Below are positions 1-12,740 of a stretch of 64,000 nt of DNA, in pieces (the stretch's first letter is position 1; each line of letters starts with the position of its first letter). Source of the DNA: Eledone cirrhosa (lineage: Eukaryota); assembly GCA_964016885.1 (NCBI GenBank), contig OZ024743.1, positions 346,084,001 through 346,148,000 of the forward strand. Reading direction: 5' to 3'. Position numbers and translations under genes: made by a program. The notes under the pieces were generated by a model. It searched no databases, was not told the DNA's origin, and saw only the letters and a program-made list of their open reading frames with translations.

Positions 1-105
1 TTCAAATCCCGCCGAGGTTAACTTTGCCTTTCATCCTTACGAGGTCGATAAAATAAAGTACCAGTAATGTACTGGGTAATTGCTGGCCTTGTGCCAAAAG
101 TAGAA
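1..105 (+). mobile_element. tRNA-derived SINE family 1, 3' part (cut by window edge)
   Basis: B-box TTCAAATCCC followed by GCCTTTCATCCTTACGAGGTCGATAAAATAAAGTACCAG, matching copies at 15521, 16947, 36438, 60905 and 61110. Confidence 0.8.
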
Positions 106-502
106 TTATTATTAAAAGATAGATTGCTCGACGATCATGATTAAACTGTTTCGATAAAAAATGTCTAATAGATCCAGATTTCGCATTTTGAAAAGGAAAA
201 AGGATTAAGGTTGAGTGTTCGACATTTTATCCTATAATAACATTTACAATCTGACTAAGAGTATTAAGAGAAAAAGCGATCTTGATACTCCGAAATACAG
301 AGATAACACACAATGGACGGAAGCGATAGCCAGGAATTAACGGTCGTCTCTGTGACTCCAAGAGACTGCGGCAACCAATACGTTGAAGAGCCGCAAATTA
401 ATAACACCTAACCAGGATCATTCACTGGCATGCAGGTGATGAACATCGGCATCATGGTGTTGCTGTCGTATTACGTTGTGTGTGTATATATATATATATA
501 TA

Positions 503-697
503 TATAGGAACGAGTAGGACCCCGACGGCTGAGCTCAAGCCGTTTCGACGGCTAATTTAGTTCAGAATTAGCCGTCGAAACGGCTTGAGCTCAGCCGTCG
601 GGGTCCTACTCGTTCCTATAACCCACTCTACTACCCTAAGTATTGAGTACTTTGGTGCGTTATGGTCCACCTGGTTCCTTACCACATTTCCTTCATT
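503..697. mobile_element. Head-to-head PLE terminal fragment (55-bp-arm palindrome plus 3' tail) carrying the 3' half of an HHR
   Basis: 503-557 is the exact reverse complement of 566-620. Contains GAAAC-GGC-TTGAGCTCA-GCC-GTC-GGGG, is flanked by (TA)n, and the same family occurs at 28134, 20452-20560, 41111 and 46590. Confidence 0.75.
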
Positions 698-720
698 ATA
701 TATATATATATATATATATT

Positions 721-1311
721 ATATTATATTTAGAGTTTAAACTCAAAGTCATTTACAATTAATCAGCTCAAAGAAAGAAGCATTTCCGAGCAGTGAAATA
801 CAAGTTAATATATATTAATATATGATAAACACATACGTGTTTGTATTGTAAGAGACAAAGTTGGCTAGAATGAAATAAACTAATTAAAATGAATACAATT
901 TGTCTGTCTCGTATGGGATGGTTAGTATAGCTGATTATACCACGTGTGAATCAGTCCTGCAAAATTTTTGGAGGTGAAATGTACTAATTTTACTGGATTC
1001 CTCTTGATAAGCACAGAATATTTGAATATTTCACTTTGTATATTTCAATTTTTTTATATTTCAATTTTTATACCATTGTTGCGAAACATATTTAGGTTTC
1101 GAAGTTCAAATTCATCTACGGAGCAGGTTTGGATTTTGAAATTTAAATTTGTCCAGGAATCACGGCTTTTGCCAATATAAGCTTGTCTTTATTGACTTAT
1201 ATCGAGACAGATAAATTGTATTCATTTTAATTAGTTTATTTCATTCTAGCTAACTTTGTCTCTTACAATACAAACACGTATGTGTTTATCATATATTAAT
1301 ATATATTAACT

Positions 1312-1316
<5 letters not shown>
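721..1316. mobile_element. (TA)n-flanked element with 114-bp inverted repeat; degenerate HHR-like motif in the spacer
   Basis: 798-911 vs 1203-1316 are inverted with 2 mismatches. Spacer has TTGATAA-GCA...TGC-GAAA-CATATT-TA (1004-1094). Confidence 0.55.
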
Positions 1317-1350
<34 letters not shown>

Positions 1351-1562
1351 GAAGTTAATATGTCCAAGGGTACTAAGTACCCCTAGAAATACAAAGATTG
1401 TCTATGATTCAAGGTTGTTCAATGGTATTAATTTGACATACCAGAACTATAATATTAAGATAAGCAGAACATCAGTAAGGGCCATTAGAAGAGGTAAATA
1501 TTTATGTTATATTTTTTAATTTATTAAAAAAAATTGGTTAAATTTTGCTTGTTCTGCTTATC

Positions 1563-1646
<84 letters not shown>

Positions 1647-1650
<4 letters not shown>

Positions 1651-2130
1651 AAAGAATAGAGGTGTAACACGCAAGTTATTATATATTGGTAAACGGAATA
1701 GAAAATGCTGACAAATTGTTCACAGTTGAAAAATGGTTTAATTAGTAATAAAAGAGTATTAGTGATTGTATGGGTTAGTATTCAGTTGTGGTTTTAAGTT
1801 TTTAAGTTTTTACCGGTTGCGCATTTCTAAATGCTTTTCAAAAATAATTTTGAGATAGAGTGTCCGTGCTGTTTGCTCTGATCTGATTAGTTTTGGGAAT
1901 TCTACCTGTTTTTGGTAGAATTCCCAAAACTAATCAGATCAGAGCAAACAGCACGGACACTCTATCTCAAAATTATTTTTGAAAAGCATTTAGAAATGCG
2001 CAACCGGTAAAAACTTAAAAACTTAAAACCACAACTGAATACTAACCCATACAATCACTAATACTCTTTTATTACTAATTAAACCATTTTTCAACTGTGA
2101 ACAATTTGTCAGCATTTTCTATTCCGTTTA

Positions 2131-2140
<10 letters not shown>
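1647..2140. mobile_element. Palindromic PLE terminal element (227-bp arms) with U3-A8-type HHR-like motif
   Basis: 1680-1906 and 1914-2140 form a perfect inverted repeat. Motif TTGAAAA-GCATTT-AG-AAATGC-GCAA-CCGG-TA-AAA at 1976-2012. Second locus at 38198-38634. Confidence 0.7.
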
Positions 2141-2167
<27 letters not shown>

Positions 2168-2188
2168 ACATATATATATATACATATA

Positions 2189-2264
<76 letters not shown>

Positions 2265-2274
2265 TATATATATG

Positions 2275-2613
2275 GGCATGGTTATAGGAATGAGCATGGT
2301 TATAGTAACAGGAAGGACAACCGTACGGTATGGTGAACTAACTGTTGTGTAACCACTTCTACCTAACTCGTCCCATGGACTGAGTGCTCTACCACTACGG
2401 ATATTACCTTCCAGTGTTCCAACACTATATATATATATATATATATACATATAGTGAACAAATTAAAATTTTAAGGGTTTCCTTACATATCACGTATCAT
2501 GTGAAAATACAAATGTGGGGCTTGAATTTACTTTTCATAAATCTTGTAGATAACCAAGAGGTGAGTCATCTTACTTTTCGAATTATAATTTTGTTTTTCC
2601 CCTATATATATAT

Positions 2614-2659
<46 letters not shown>

Positions 2660-3154
2660 CTATATATAATATATATATAATATATGATATCACCGGATTC
2701 ATACGGAACCCGGTCATTGAAATGATCATAGTATAATAAACCTTTCAAGGATTTACACAAATCCAGCCTCCTGTCATTTCATTATAATATTTAACTCCGT
2801 AATAGCACCACCAACTACAAAAACAAAGACGGTTGAACTGCTTTACGTTGAGTACTCTCTATATTATTGCATTACGATTGACCATACGGAATAGACCAGC
2901 TCTATACGGTGGTGAACCTCAAACATGAATATATATATATATATAGTGTGTTGGAACACTGGAAGGTAATATCCGTAGTGGTAGAGCACTCAGTCCATGG
3001 GACGAGTTAGATAGAAGTGGTTACACAACAGTTAGTTCACCATACCGTACGTTTCTCCTTCCTGTTCCTATAACCAAGCCCATTCCGAGTTGAGGATCCG
3101 CTAAGGTGAAATAATTGTTCTCGGTATGCTGAACTATCTGTTGTGTGACCACTG

Positions 3155-3156
<2 letters not shown>
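2275..3156. mobile_element. Inverted pair of PLE-like terminal fragments with nested TA tracts and fragments
   Basis: ~2280-2427 vs 2945-3076 are inverted and slightly diverged; the right copy continues into an HHR motif. Confidence 0.55.
3085..3124 (+). ncRNA. Type I hammerhead-like motif (slightly degenerate)
   Basis: CCGAG-TTGAGGA-TCC GCTAA GGT-GAAA-TAATTG-TT-CTCGG; stem I is CCGAG/CTCGG and the stem III loop AATT is palindromic. Confidence 0.55.
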
Positions 3157-3242
<86 letters not shown>

Positions 3243-3401
3243 TTATTAAAATAACAGATTAAAGTTTAAGCAAAGAATCGCTGCTTTCACCCTTAACGGG
3301 ATCTTCTGAAATAAATATTCGATCTACGGTTCTTATATATTTGATATATATTTATCCTTATCGAGCCCTCTTTGGACTTTAGTCTTCACATTTATTATTA
3401 T

Positions 3402-3511
<110 letters not shown>

Positions 3512-3512
3512 G

Positions 3513-3544
<32 letters not shown>

Positions 3545-3569
3545 GGGGGGGGTATTAGTCCATCGCGTG

Positions 3570-3725
3570 GTTAAACCCACTGCTACAGATGTGGTACTCT
3601 TTTTCAGCAAAAAAGAAGAAAACAACCTGAAATGAACTTTTTTGTCTTAAGGACACAACACACAACTCAGTTCAGGGATAGAACCCATGGCATTATGATC
3701 GCAATACCAATATCCATAATACTAG
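3570..3725 (-). mobile_element. Degenerate CORE-type SINE
   Basis: TTGTCTTAAGGACACAAC...GGGATAGAACCCA resembles the reverse complement of B-box plus CORE domain seen at 42222 and 60100. Confidence 0.4.
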
Positions 3726-3736
3726 GATACGCGCCT

Positions 3737-3780
<44 letters not shown>

Positions 3781-4305
3781 ATGTATGTATATATAGAGAG
3801 AAAGAATGAGAAATAGAGAGATATACATATATATGTATGTGTGTTTGTCTGCATCTGTGTTTGTTTGTATAGGTGTTAGTGCGTTTATGTGTGTGCGTGT
3901 GACTGTGTTCCATGTTTACGTAATTATTCGAATAGAAAATAAGTTTGAAGCGTTGGATTGAGGACAACATAAATGAAAGTTATGAAATTTTTTTTTTTTT
4001 CTCAAATACATGGAGTATACAGTATCCAAAGAACTCCTTAGGGTAACTCGAAATTTGGTTTGTAGTTCCGAATTTTCTGAAAATTTGAGAGCGGATGTCA
4101 GTTTTGTATTACTCTAATATAAAATATTATTTATCTTGACGTGCTTGAAATGAAACGTTGATATACATTAATAGTATACGTTAACAGATATGCACAATGC
4201 TATATTTCCGTGTATGTATGTATGTGTTTACGTATGTATGTGTGCATGCACATATGTATATGTATGTATATATATGTATATATATATATATATATATATA
4301 AGTAT

Positions 4306-4348
<43 letters not shown>

Positions 4349-6439
4349 TAAACAAATAATGAACAAACAATTCCTTATATTAAACAAAAAAAGTTCACTA
4401 TTTAACGATCGTTTCTAGGGTATATATGTGTTATAATTGGTATGCATATTTAACAGATCTATGTACAAAATTATACAAAATTATACAAATTATCAAGATT
4501 AAATATACATACCTAACTCATATATACGCCGTCTTCAGAAATAATGAAGTATATTTATTGATAATAACAACAATTCAAAATATCAGTTCAAAATTGACCA
4601 ATGAAAACACAAAGGGTTAAAAACAGTTTGGTGTGTGTATATACATGTAAAAACCTTACACATATTTTACAATAATGTGTGTATAATTTGTATGTGCATA
4701 CTAAAAAGATGGATGCAAACACAAAATTTCAAGGTTAATATCTCTGTAAGCTTAATGCGCTGATAAGATACGCAATGATACTTATGGAGTCAAGCATATA
4801 AATATATTTTTTTCATACTCACACATATCAGTATAATCACACATACATGTGCGTATATGCATAAATATACACATAACCACGAACATACAAACACATACAC
4901 TCCCCCACTCACATTTATATATGTGGATATAAAATCATAAGCAAATAGAAATTAAGTCACTCACATAAAAACACTGGCACACACATTTCAAGATCAAGAT
5001 ACAGAAATTAGGTGGGAGGGGGGGGGGGAGGGGTCAGTATTAGATTGTCAGACCAGACTGCCTAATATAAATGTATCTATAAATTAAGAAAAATAAAAAA
5101 ATAAAAACAATAAAATATAATAAATATAATATAATGTACATACACATACAGATATACATACACATACATAGAGGAATTAATTATATCGTGTAATCATAAA
5201 CTAAAAAAAACATTTAAATATTATAAACCTAATTAATAACATTATTCTAGAATTTAATTTAATTTAAATGTTAGTTAACCTATAAATTTAATTTAATTAA
5301 TATTTTATTACAGATGAGAAAATATTATGTAATCATAAATTTTGAAAAACCTTTAAATATTACTAATATATACTCAGTAATTTAATTTATAGATTAATTT
5401 TAATTTATTTTAACCTTTTATTATAATTTTTTTTATTATAATTCTTTTACAGATAAAATATAACAAAATAATATCATGTATCCAATGACGGAGAAAGAAT
5501 TTTTAGTATTATAGACCTAATTAATATACATTTTGGAAATATATTTATTATTTGGTTTTAGTTTTAATCAACCTAAAACTTTAATTTTAATTTGCTTAAA
5601 ATTAGTATCCTTGTACAGACGAATTGCAGAATGTCATGTAATCATAGAATGGGATGTGTTTTGGATATATACCTAGTTAATATATTCTGTGCAATTTTTT
5701 GAAAAAGATATGTATATCTATATGTATATGTATATGTGTGTGTTGTATGTGTATCTGTATGTATATTTATGTGAGTATATATGTATATATGTGTATATAT
5801 ATGTATATATATATATATATGTGTGTATATGTATATATATGTGTATGTGTGTATATATATGTATATGTATGCGTATTAATTTTGATTTTTATTTGCATAT
5901 AATTATATTATGCTATTGATGAAATACAATATCTGCTTTATGTATTGTATACCTAATTAACATATACTAATTAACGTATACTATTGAAATAAATATATAA
6001 TTTTTAATTTAGTTAACATATAATTTATATGCTACTACCGATGTAATACTTTATTTTATTTTTATTTGGGTTTCTTTTCCCTATTACTAAATTCATCTCC
6101 TAATATTGATACCATAACGTTATTAACTTTAATTTAGTTATAATGTAATTAATAATCTACTACTGTTTGACTTCATAATTCTGCTTCAAATATTATAAAC
6201 CTAACTAATTTACACCTTGGAAATCAATATGTTGACTATCTTTGGTTTAGTTAACATATGATTAATGGTATACTTTTTTGTTTTGAGATGCATAGATTTA
6301 GTATTTCCTAGCACTGAAAATATGTAAGAACATACATTGAATTAAGATACGGAAAATATTATATGTTTCTTGAAACATATATTTACTTTGATCCCCTTCT
6401 CCAAACCCCCCCTTTCCCCCATACTATTATCATCTGTTT

Positions 6440-7168
6440 TTGTAAGCGTATATGTATGAATATATGTGTAGGTGGGTGTCTATATAGGTTTTGGTATTTA
6501 TTTCTAAATATAAAAATACATGTATGAGCATGTAAATATGAATGTAAGATTGAGTGTGTATATATGATTGTACATACATATGTATGTATATATATGTATA
6601 TATATGTATTATATATGTATGTGTATGTGAATGTGTGGTATGTATATGTGTATGTATATGTATATATGTGTATGTATGTGTATGCTTGTATATAGGAATA
6701 TATATATGTGTATATATGTATGTATATGTATATGCGTGTTTGTATGTATGTGTATATGGGTTCTGTATATATTTGTATGTCTCTCTATTTATATGTTTAT
6801 CTTCGTATCTATGTGATATATGTGTGTGTGTGTGCACGTATGCATATGTATGTGTTTGTGTGTGTTTGTATGTGTGTGTGTATATATATGTGTATTTGCG
6901 CACACTCACATACACATATATATATATATATGTGAGTGTGTATGTGTGTCTGTGTGTGTGTGTGTGTGTGTATGTGTATATATATATATGTATATATATA
7001 TGTATATATATATATATAGATATATATATGTATATATATATATGTGTATATAGGTGTCTATGTGTGAATATATGTCTTTATTCGTATGTGTGTATTTATG
7101 TATGTATATATTTATGTGTATGTATGTATGTGTATGTATGTATGTATATATATATATATATGTATATA

Positions 7169-7201
<33 letters not shown>

Positions 7202-7531
7202 TATTCTTTATTATTATTGTAATATAACTTATGTGTATATGTGTATAAGTGAGGTTGTGTATGTATATATACTATGTGTATATATAAGAGTAATGAAATA
7301 TATATATATATATATATATGTGCATGTCTGTTTTTTATGTGTGTGTATATATATATATGTATGTGTATATATGTATATATATATATATGTGTACGTGTGT
7401 GTATGTGGATATGTGTATATATATATATATATACATGTGGGTGTTTGTATGTGTATTTATGGTGGTATGAGTGTGTGGATATATATGTTTATATATATAT
7501 ATGTATATGTATATATATATATATGAGTCTA

Positions 7532-7584
<53 letters not shown>

Positions 7585-7735
7585 ATGTGTGTATGTGTTG
7601 CGCGTGAGTGTGTGTGTATTTATATCTTTTTATATGTGTATGTATATGTTCGTGTAAATGTATGTGTGTGCATGACTGTATAGGTATGTGTGTATGTATG
7701 TATGTCTAGATATCTCTATGTGCGCGTACATGTAT
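6440..7735. repeat. Degenerate (TA)/(TG)/(TATG) microsatellite block
   Basis: Low-complexity dinucleotide and tetranucleotide runs. Dozens of similar (TA)n, (CA)n and (GA)n tracts occur across the window. Confidence 0.95.
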
Positions 7736-8357
7736 GTATGTGTATGTATATCTGTATGTGTATGTACATTATATTATATTTATTATATTTTATTGTTTTT
7801 ATTTTTTTATTTTTCTTAATTTATAGATACATTTATATTAGGCAGTCTGGTCTGACAATCTAATACTGACCCCTCCCCCCCCCCCCCCTCCCACCTAATT
7901 TCTGTATCTTGATCTTGAAATGTGTGTGCCAGTGTTTTTATGTGAGTGACTTAATTTCTATTTGCTTATGATTTTATATCCACATATATAAATGTGAGTG
8001 GGGGAGTGTATGTGTTTGTATGTTCGTGGTTATGTGTATATTTATGCATATACGCACATGTATGTGTGATTATACTGATATGTGTGAGTATGAAAAAAAT
8101 ATATTTATATGCTTGACTCCATAAGTATCATTGCGTATCTTATCAGCGCATTAAGCTTACAGAGATATTAACCTTGAAATTTTGTGTTTGCATCCATCTT
8201 TTTAGTATGCACATACAAATTATACACACATTATTGTAAAATATGTGTAAGGTTTTTACATGTATATACACACACCAAACTGTTTTTAACCCTTTGTGTT
8301 TTCATTGGTCAATTTTGAACTGATATTTTGAATTGTTGTTATTATCAATAAATATAC

Positions 8358-8512
8358 TTCATTATTTCTGAAGACGGCGTATATATGAGTTAGGTATGTA
8401 TATTTAATCTTGATAATTTGTATAATTTTGTATAATTTTGTACATAGATCTGTTAAATATGCATACCAATTATAACACATATATACCCTAGAAACGATCG
8501 TTAAATAGTGAA
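8358..8512 (+). ncRNA. Type I hammerhead ribozyme with ~115-nt extended stem II (mirror copy 4394-4548, minus strand)
   Basis: Stem I TTCATTATTT/AAATAGTGAA (10 bp); CTGAAGA; stem II includes GGTATGTATATTTAA/TTAAATATGCATACC; GAAA; palindromic CGATCG; GUU triplet. Confidence 0.7.
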
Positions 8513-8707
8513 CTTTTTTTTTTTTTTATTTAATATAAGGAATTGTTTGTTCATTATTTGTTTAATATTTTATCTTGACTCTGTATACCGTTTATCTTTC
8601 ACCGAAAGTGGATTTTCATTACATCTCTTCTTTCCATGATATCCGGAATACATTGAGTTCTTCATACGGATTGGACACTACCGTAAACTCTTGGTAGATT
8701 TATCTAC

Positions 8708-8836
<129 letters not shown>

Positions 8837-9031
8837 TGTGTGTGTGTGTGTGTGATTATATCTATTGGTTATCGCTAATGTGTGAAAACTGTGATGAATG
8901 TAGGTGTATAAGTATACATCGTCAGCTGTTACATAAAAATAAAAACATATAGGCGTTGATTACGTGTCTGTATATTTATTGTGTATATATGGTATATATG
9001 TGTGTGTCTGTGTGCGTGTGTGTTTGTAAAG

Positions 9032-9062
<31 letters not shown>

Positions 9063-9105
9063 GCTTATATACATATATATTAACATACATTTATATATAT
9101 AATTG

Positions 9106-9172
<67 letters not shown>

Positions 9173-9181
9173 ACACACATT

Positions 9182-9240
<59 letters not shown>

Positions 9241-9248
<8 letters not shown>

Positions 9249-10141
9249 ATACTTGGGGAGGATCATATTTGTGTAATATTGCCAGAATTAATAACAGAAC
9301 ACACTCACTGTTTGGTTGGTTTTCGCTTCTCGCTTTTGTGTCTTTTATATCGGTAATCTAATTTATTCGGTCCTCAATGTTGCCATTGACTGATCAACGG
9401 TCAAAAATAATACAGATACAATATAGACACAAACACATATATATAGTTTATCAAAGTTCTTTCGTTGCACATCTGCAACATCATCAGTGGTGCTATTGTT
9501 TCCTCCCTTTAAATTGTATTTTCTACGCCATCTTTATTTAGTCTGTTTATATATTTATTTATTTGTTTATTTTATTTTGTCTTCTTTGCCCATGCGTTTG
9601 CGTGTGTGTATAGTCTTTTGTTTGATGTGTTCGTGATTGGGTGACTGTGTATTGGTTAATGTAATCTACCTTTTCTAGTGTGTGTTTATATGTGTTTGTT
9701 GTTACTGTGCTTGTGTATGTATTTATTTATTTATTTATCTATCTATTTATTTATTTATTTATTTATACTTTTCTTAGGTCAGTGTTGTTTGTTTGGGTGT
9801 TGTTGTTATTCTATTCATTCTTTCTGTTTAGCCTTGGCCTTCTAAGTTCTATTTCACTGGCCTCTCTGATTTGCAGCGAAAGAACTTTGATAAACTATAT
9901 ATGTGTGTTTGTGTCTAAATTGTATCTGTATTATTTTTGACCGTTGGTCAGTCAATGGCAACATGGAGGACCGAATAAATTAGATTACCGATATAAAAGA
10001 CACAGAAGCGAAAAGCGAAAACCAACCAGTGAGTGTGTTCTGTTATTAATTCTGGCAAATATGACCCTCCCCAAGTATAACAATATTTGTTTCGACACAC
10101 GATTTCATATCAAAAACCTCGCCAAACTAATTCATCGCCGT
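9241..10141. mobile_element. PLE family B solo pLTR (minus strand, 9241-9874) joined head-to-head to an inverted copy (plus strand, 9872-10141)
   Basis: High similarity to 55672-56305. Includes the ORF C-terminus and the ORF start [22 protein letters not shown]; (TA)n on both sides. Confidence 0.85.
9449..9492 (-). ncRNA. Minimal hammerhead motif, PLE family B
   Basis: Minus strand CACCA-CTGATGA-T-GTTGCA GATG TGCAAC-GAAA-GAAC-TT-TGATA; stem I is weak. Confidence 0.6.
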
Positions 10142-10195
10142 TATATATATATATACATTTATGTGTATGTGTATATATATATATATATATACGTA

Positions 10196-10470
10196 AAGGC
10201 GCATGGCTAGGGGATAAAACTGTTGGGCTTACACTCCTGATACTGTGAATTCAACTCCCCGACCGACCAGTGTGTTAGTGTGTTGTGTCCCTTGAACACT
10301 CTTTATTTCATGATGTTCCAAGATGCAAACACGAGTTGCCACGTCAGTGATGCCAAGTTGAATCGGTGTCTGCTCTGGCGTGGAGAGCGGAAACTGGTGG
10401 CTTTGCACAAACAAATTTAATGGATTTCTGACACGGAGGGAGGACTTTGTATATGCTGACTCCTGGCCTT
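10196..10470 (+). mobile_element. tRNA-derived CORE-type SINE
   Basis: A-box-like TGGCTAGGGG, B-box-like GAATTCAACTCC, CORE-like GTGTTGTGTCCCTTGAACACT. Confidence 0.55.
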
Positions 10471-10491
10471 TATATATGTTTCGTATATATG

Positions 10492-10565
<74 letters not shown>

Positions 10566-10578
10566 CATATATATATAT

Positions 10579-10624
<46 letters not shown>

Positions 10625-10640
10625 ATATATATATACATAC

Positions 10641-10723
<83 letters not shown>

Positions 10724-10744
10724 CAAAAGGAAAACTGAAATAGC

Positions 10745-11240
10745 AAAGCAAACGACATACATTAATAGCGAAATAATTTGTTAGTTTTACGCTTGTAATT
10801 GTAAGAAAATATTTTAAACGTGTTTTAGATACTAGTCTTTCATCAGAAATAGAACATAATGAGAAATTAAAGATTGGGGAGACGGACAGTGGCTGAACCA
10901 AAACAAAAAAAAATGAAATTGGAGAAATAACTTGTCTATTGATCTCACCAAAACGGTCGATGCTGCCGTTTTGTGAAAGATAATCTTGTTTTAAATGGTG
11001 GTGATCGAGCTGGCAGGGAAAATAGACGTGTATATATAGAGCTGTACGTGTGCGCGTGCGTATTTGGACACTGGACCCAATGCGGAAAATCAGACACTGC
11101 TTAGTTCTGATGCGCGAGGACTGTTGTCCGTGCTGTAAATGCACATCAAGGACTGAAACATGTCACGGTTGGGCAAACAATGATGTGGCTGGGCAATATA
11201 CCGTGCGCAGTTCCTGATATAGTTGTTTAGCATCTCGTCA
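10745..11240 (-). pseudogene. Decayed PLE GIY-YIG endonuclease C-terminus with degenerate HHR (10811-10850)
   Basis: NCARYIAQP resembles C..YIGQT, and KQDYLSQNGSIDRFGEINRQ resembles EQ.LIF.LGTL.P.GIN. Followed by ATTT-CTGATGA-AAGA CTAGTA TCT-AAAA-CACG-TT. Confidence 0.4.
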
Positions 11241-11399
11241 TTATGCTAATATTATGTAAGAATGCGTCTTCACAAGATTATAGGCATGTCATTTTCGTCT
11301 TCTTCTTCAGGGCGGACCCGGAAATGTTTGATTCAAATACTAAGGGATTACTTTACTATCAGTTTTTTGTAAAATATTTTCCGTGCTCTTCTGATGCAC

Positions 11400-12740
11400 G
11401 TTCCAGCTAACATACTTCCAGAATCCCAGAGTGGTTTCTGTTCCTATGGAGGCATTGCAGATATGATCTCCATGACGCGGCGAACAGCAAAGAGTCATAG
11501 CTGTATCTGTACATTTGCTTTATTGATCTCATGGTGGCTTTGGCAGCCTAGATAGGCAAGACATTTGTAGTATTCGCTTGCATTTGAGATGCTCAGGAAA
11601 TTGCCTTGGGATTATACGTTCCATACACGATGATATAAAGGCGTGGGTTTGTGACAATGTTGAACTTCTAGAGTGTTTCTCATTTGCGTTAAGCATGAAA
11701 GTGCGTAGAATGCTCGTTCCCATTTTGGTTGCTATCATCTTTGCAGTTTTATTTTTAAAGGGATTCACAAAAACCGATGTTCGCATATATATATATCTAT
11801 AACTTTTCAATTAACAGGAAAACTATTCAACATCCGTTGATTCTTTGCTGCATCAAAATGTTGCTGATAAGCAACCTTCTTTATTCTCACGACTGTGATC
11901 CTTTTAGTCATCCGAAAGAACATCACATTGCGATGGACGGTTTCTTAGTAACATGTGACTATCCGCCTTAAAAAGACATATTCCATCATCCATCTATCTA
12001 TATCAAAGGAAAATGTAGAAAGTTGTTGACAAATGTATCTGTCTGTGAACTACTCGCACCAGAACCAGCCCCTTTGACAAAGACGTTATCTAATATCTCT
12101 CTAAAGCATCCAATGATTTTGGTAAGCTGGGGGAAGCACCTGTTGTTACAATCAGATATTAGACTGTGCACGAAATGTGGTAGCCTTGATGTACGGATGT
12201 GAGACATTGACAACATTCTATTTACATATCCAAAGCAACGAAAGTTTTCATACTCAATATCTCATGGAGGTCTCATACATACTGACATTGAGGTGCTATA
12301 GAGGGCCTCGCTGAAAACCATCGAATTCATGTACATAAAATGGCACTTTTGTTGCTCAGATAACATAGCACGCCTAGAGAACAGCAGAGGCTTGCAACAA
12401 GCATTTTATAGAAATTTGTTGCTAGGTAAATTCTTGCCCTGCAAGATACACTTTAAAATCTAACCAAACGTTACTCTGAAAAGGCTGAATATCAACACCA
12501 AAAAACAAAAAGAGACATTTTGAAGCCGACAGATCCCAGTTGTGAAATCGAATTGCTAATGGTATTAGCAATATGAACAAAAGAAGATGGCCTATGCAGA
12601 AGAGAACCGAACAGCTACGTATAATGAGAAGGTTAAACCGCTCATACGACGCTTTTCAAAATACTCTCGTATATCTGTGGGATACGAACGGGTATGTATG
12701 TCAAAGATTGGGCTACTGAACCATACCAGACGCCATGTTT
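11400..12740 (+). pseudogene. Decayed RTE-clade LINE reverse transcriptase
   Basis: Frameshifted remnants in correct order: SQSGF...DMI, CFIDL..AL, IIRSIHDDIKAWVCDNVELLECF...LVPILVAIIF, LLYSHDC (resembles LLYADDC), KASNDFGKL, SKIGLLNHTRRH. Confidence 0.7.

Larger units (their letters stand above)
4340..8572. mobile_element. Non-coding element with ~830-bp near-perfect inverted arms, each carrying a long-stem-II HHR
   Basis: ~4340-5170 vs ~7733-8572 are inverted (identical 64-aa spurious ORFs at 4426+ and 8480-). The spacer is AT-rich sequence and degenerate TG/TA microsatellite. Confidence 0.75.

Noticed and set aside
4426-4620. Identical 64-aa ORF at 4426+ and 8480-
   Set aside because: A by-product of the inverted repeat. 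It overlaps the antisense of an HHR and has no recognisable domain.
8895-8930. CTGACGA-TGTAT ACTT ATACA on the minus strand
   Set aside because: HHR-like 5' half, but no GAAA, stem III or stem I follows.
11160-11240. Minus-strand KQLYQELRTVYCP read as an inverted 5' piece of the RTE LINE
   Set aside because: The adjacent sequence fits a decayed PLE GIY-YIG end with a terminal HHR-like motif better; both readings are weak.
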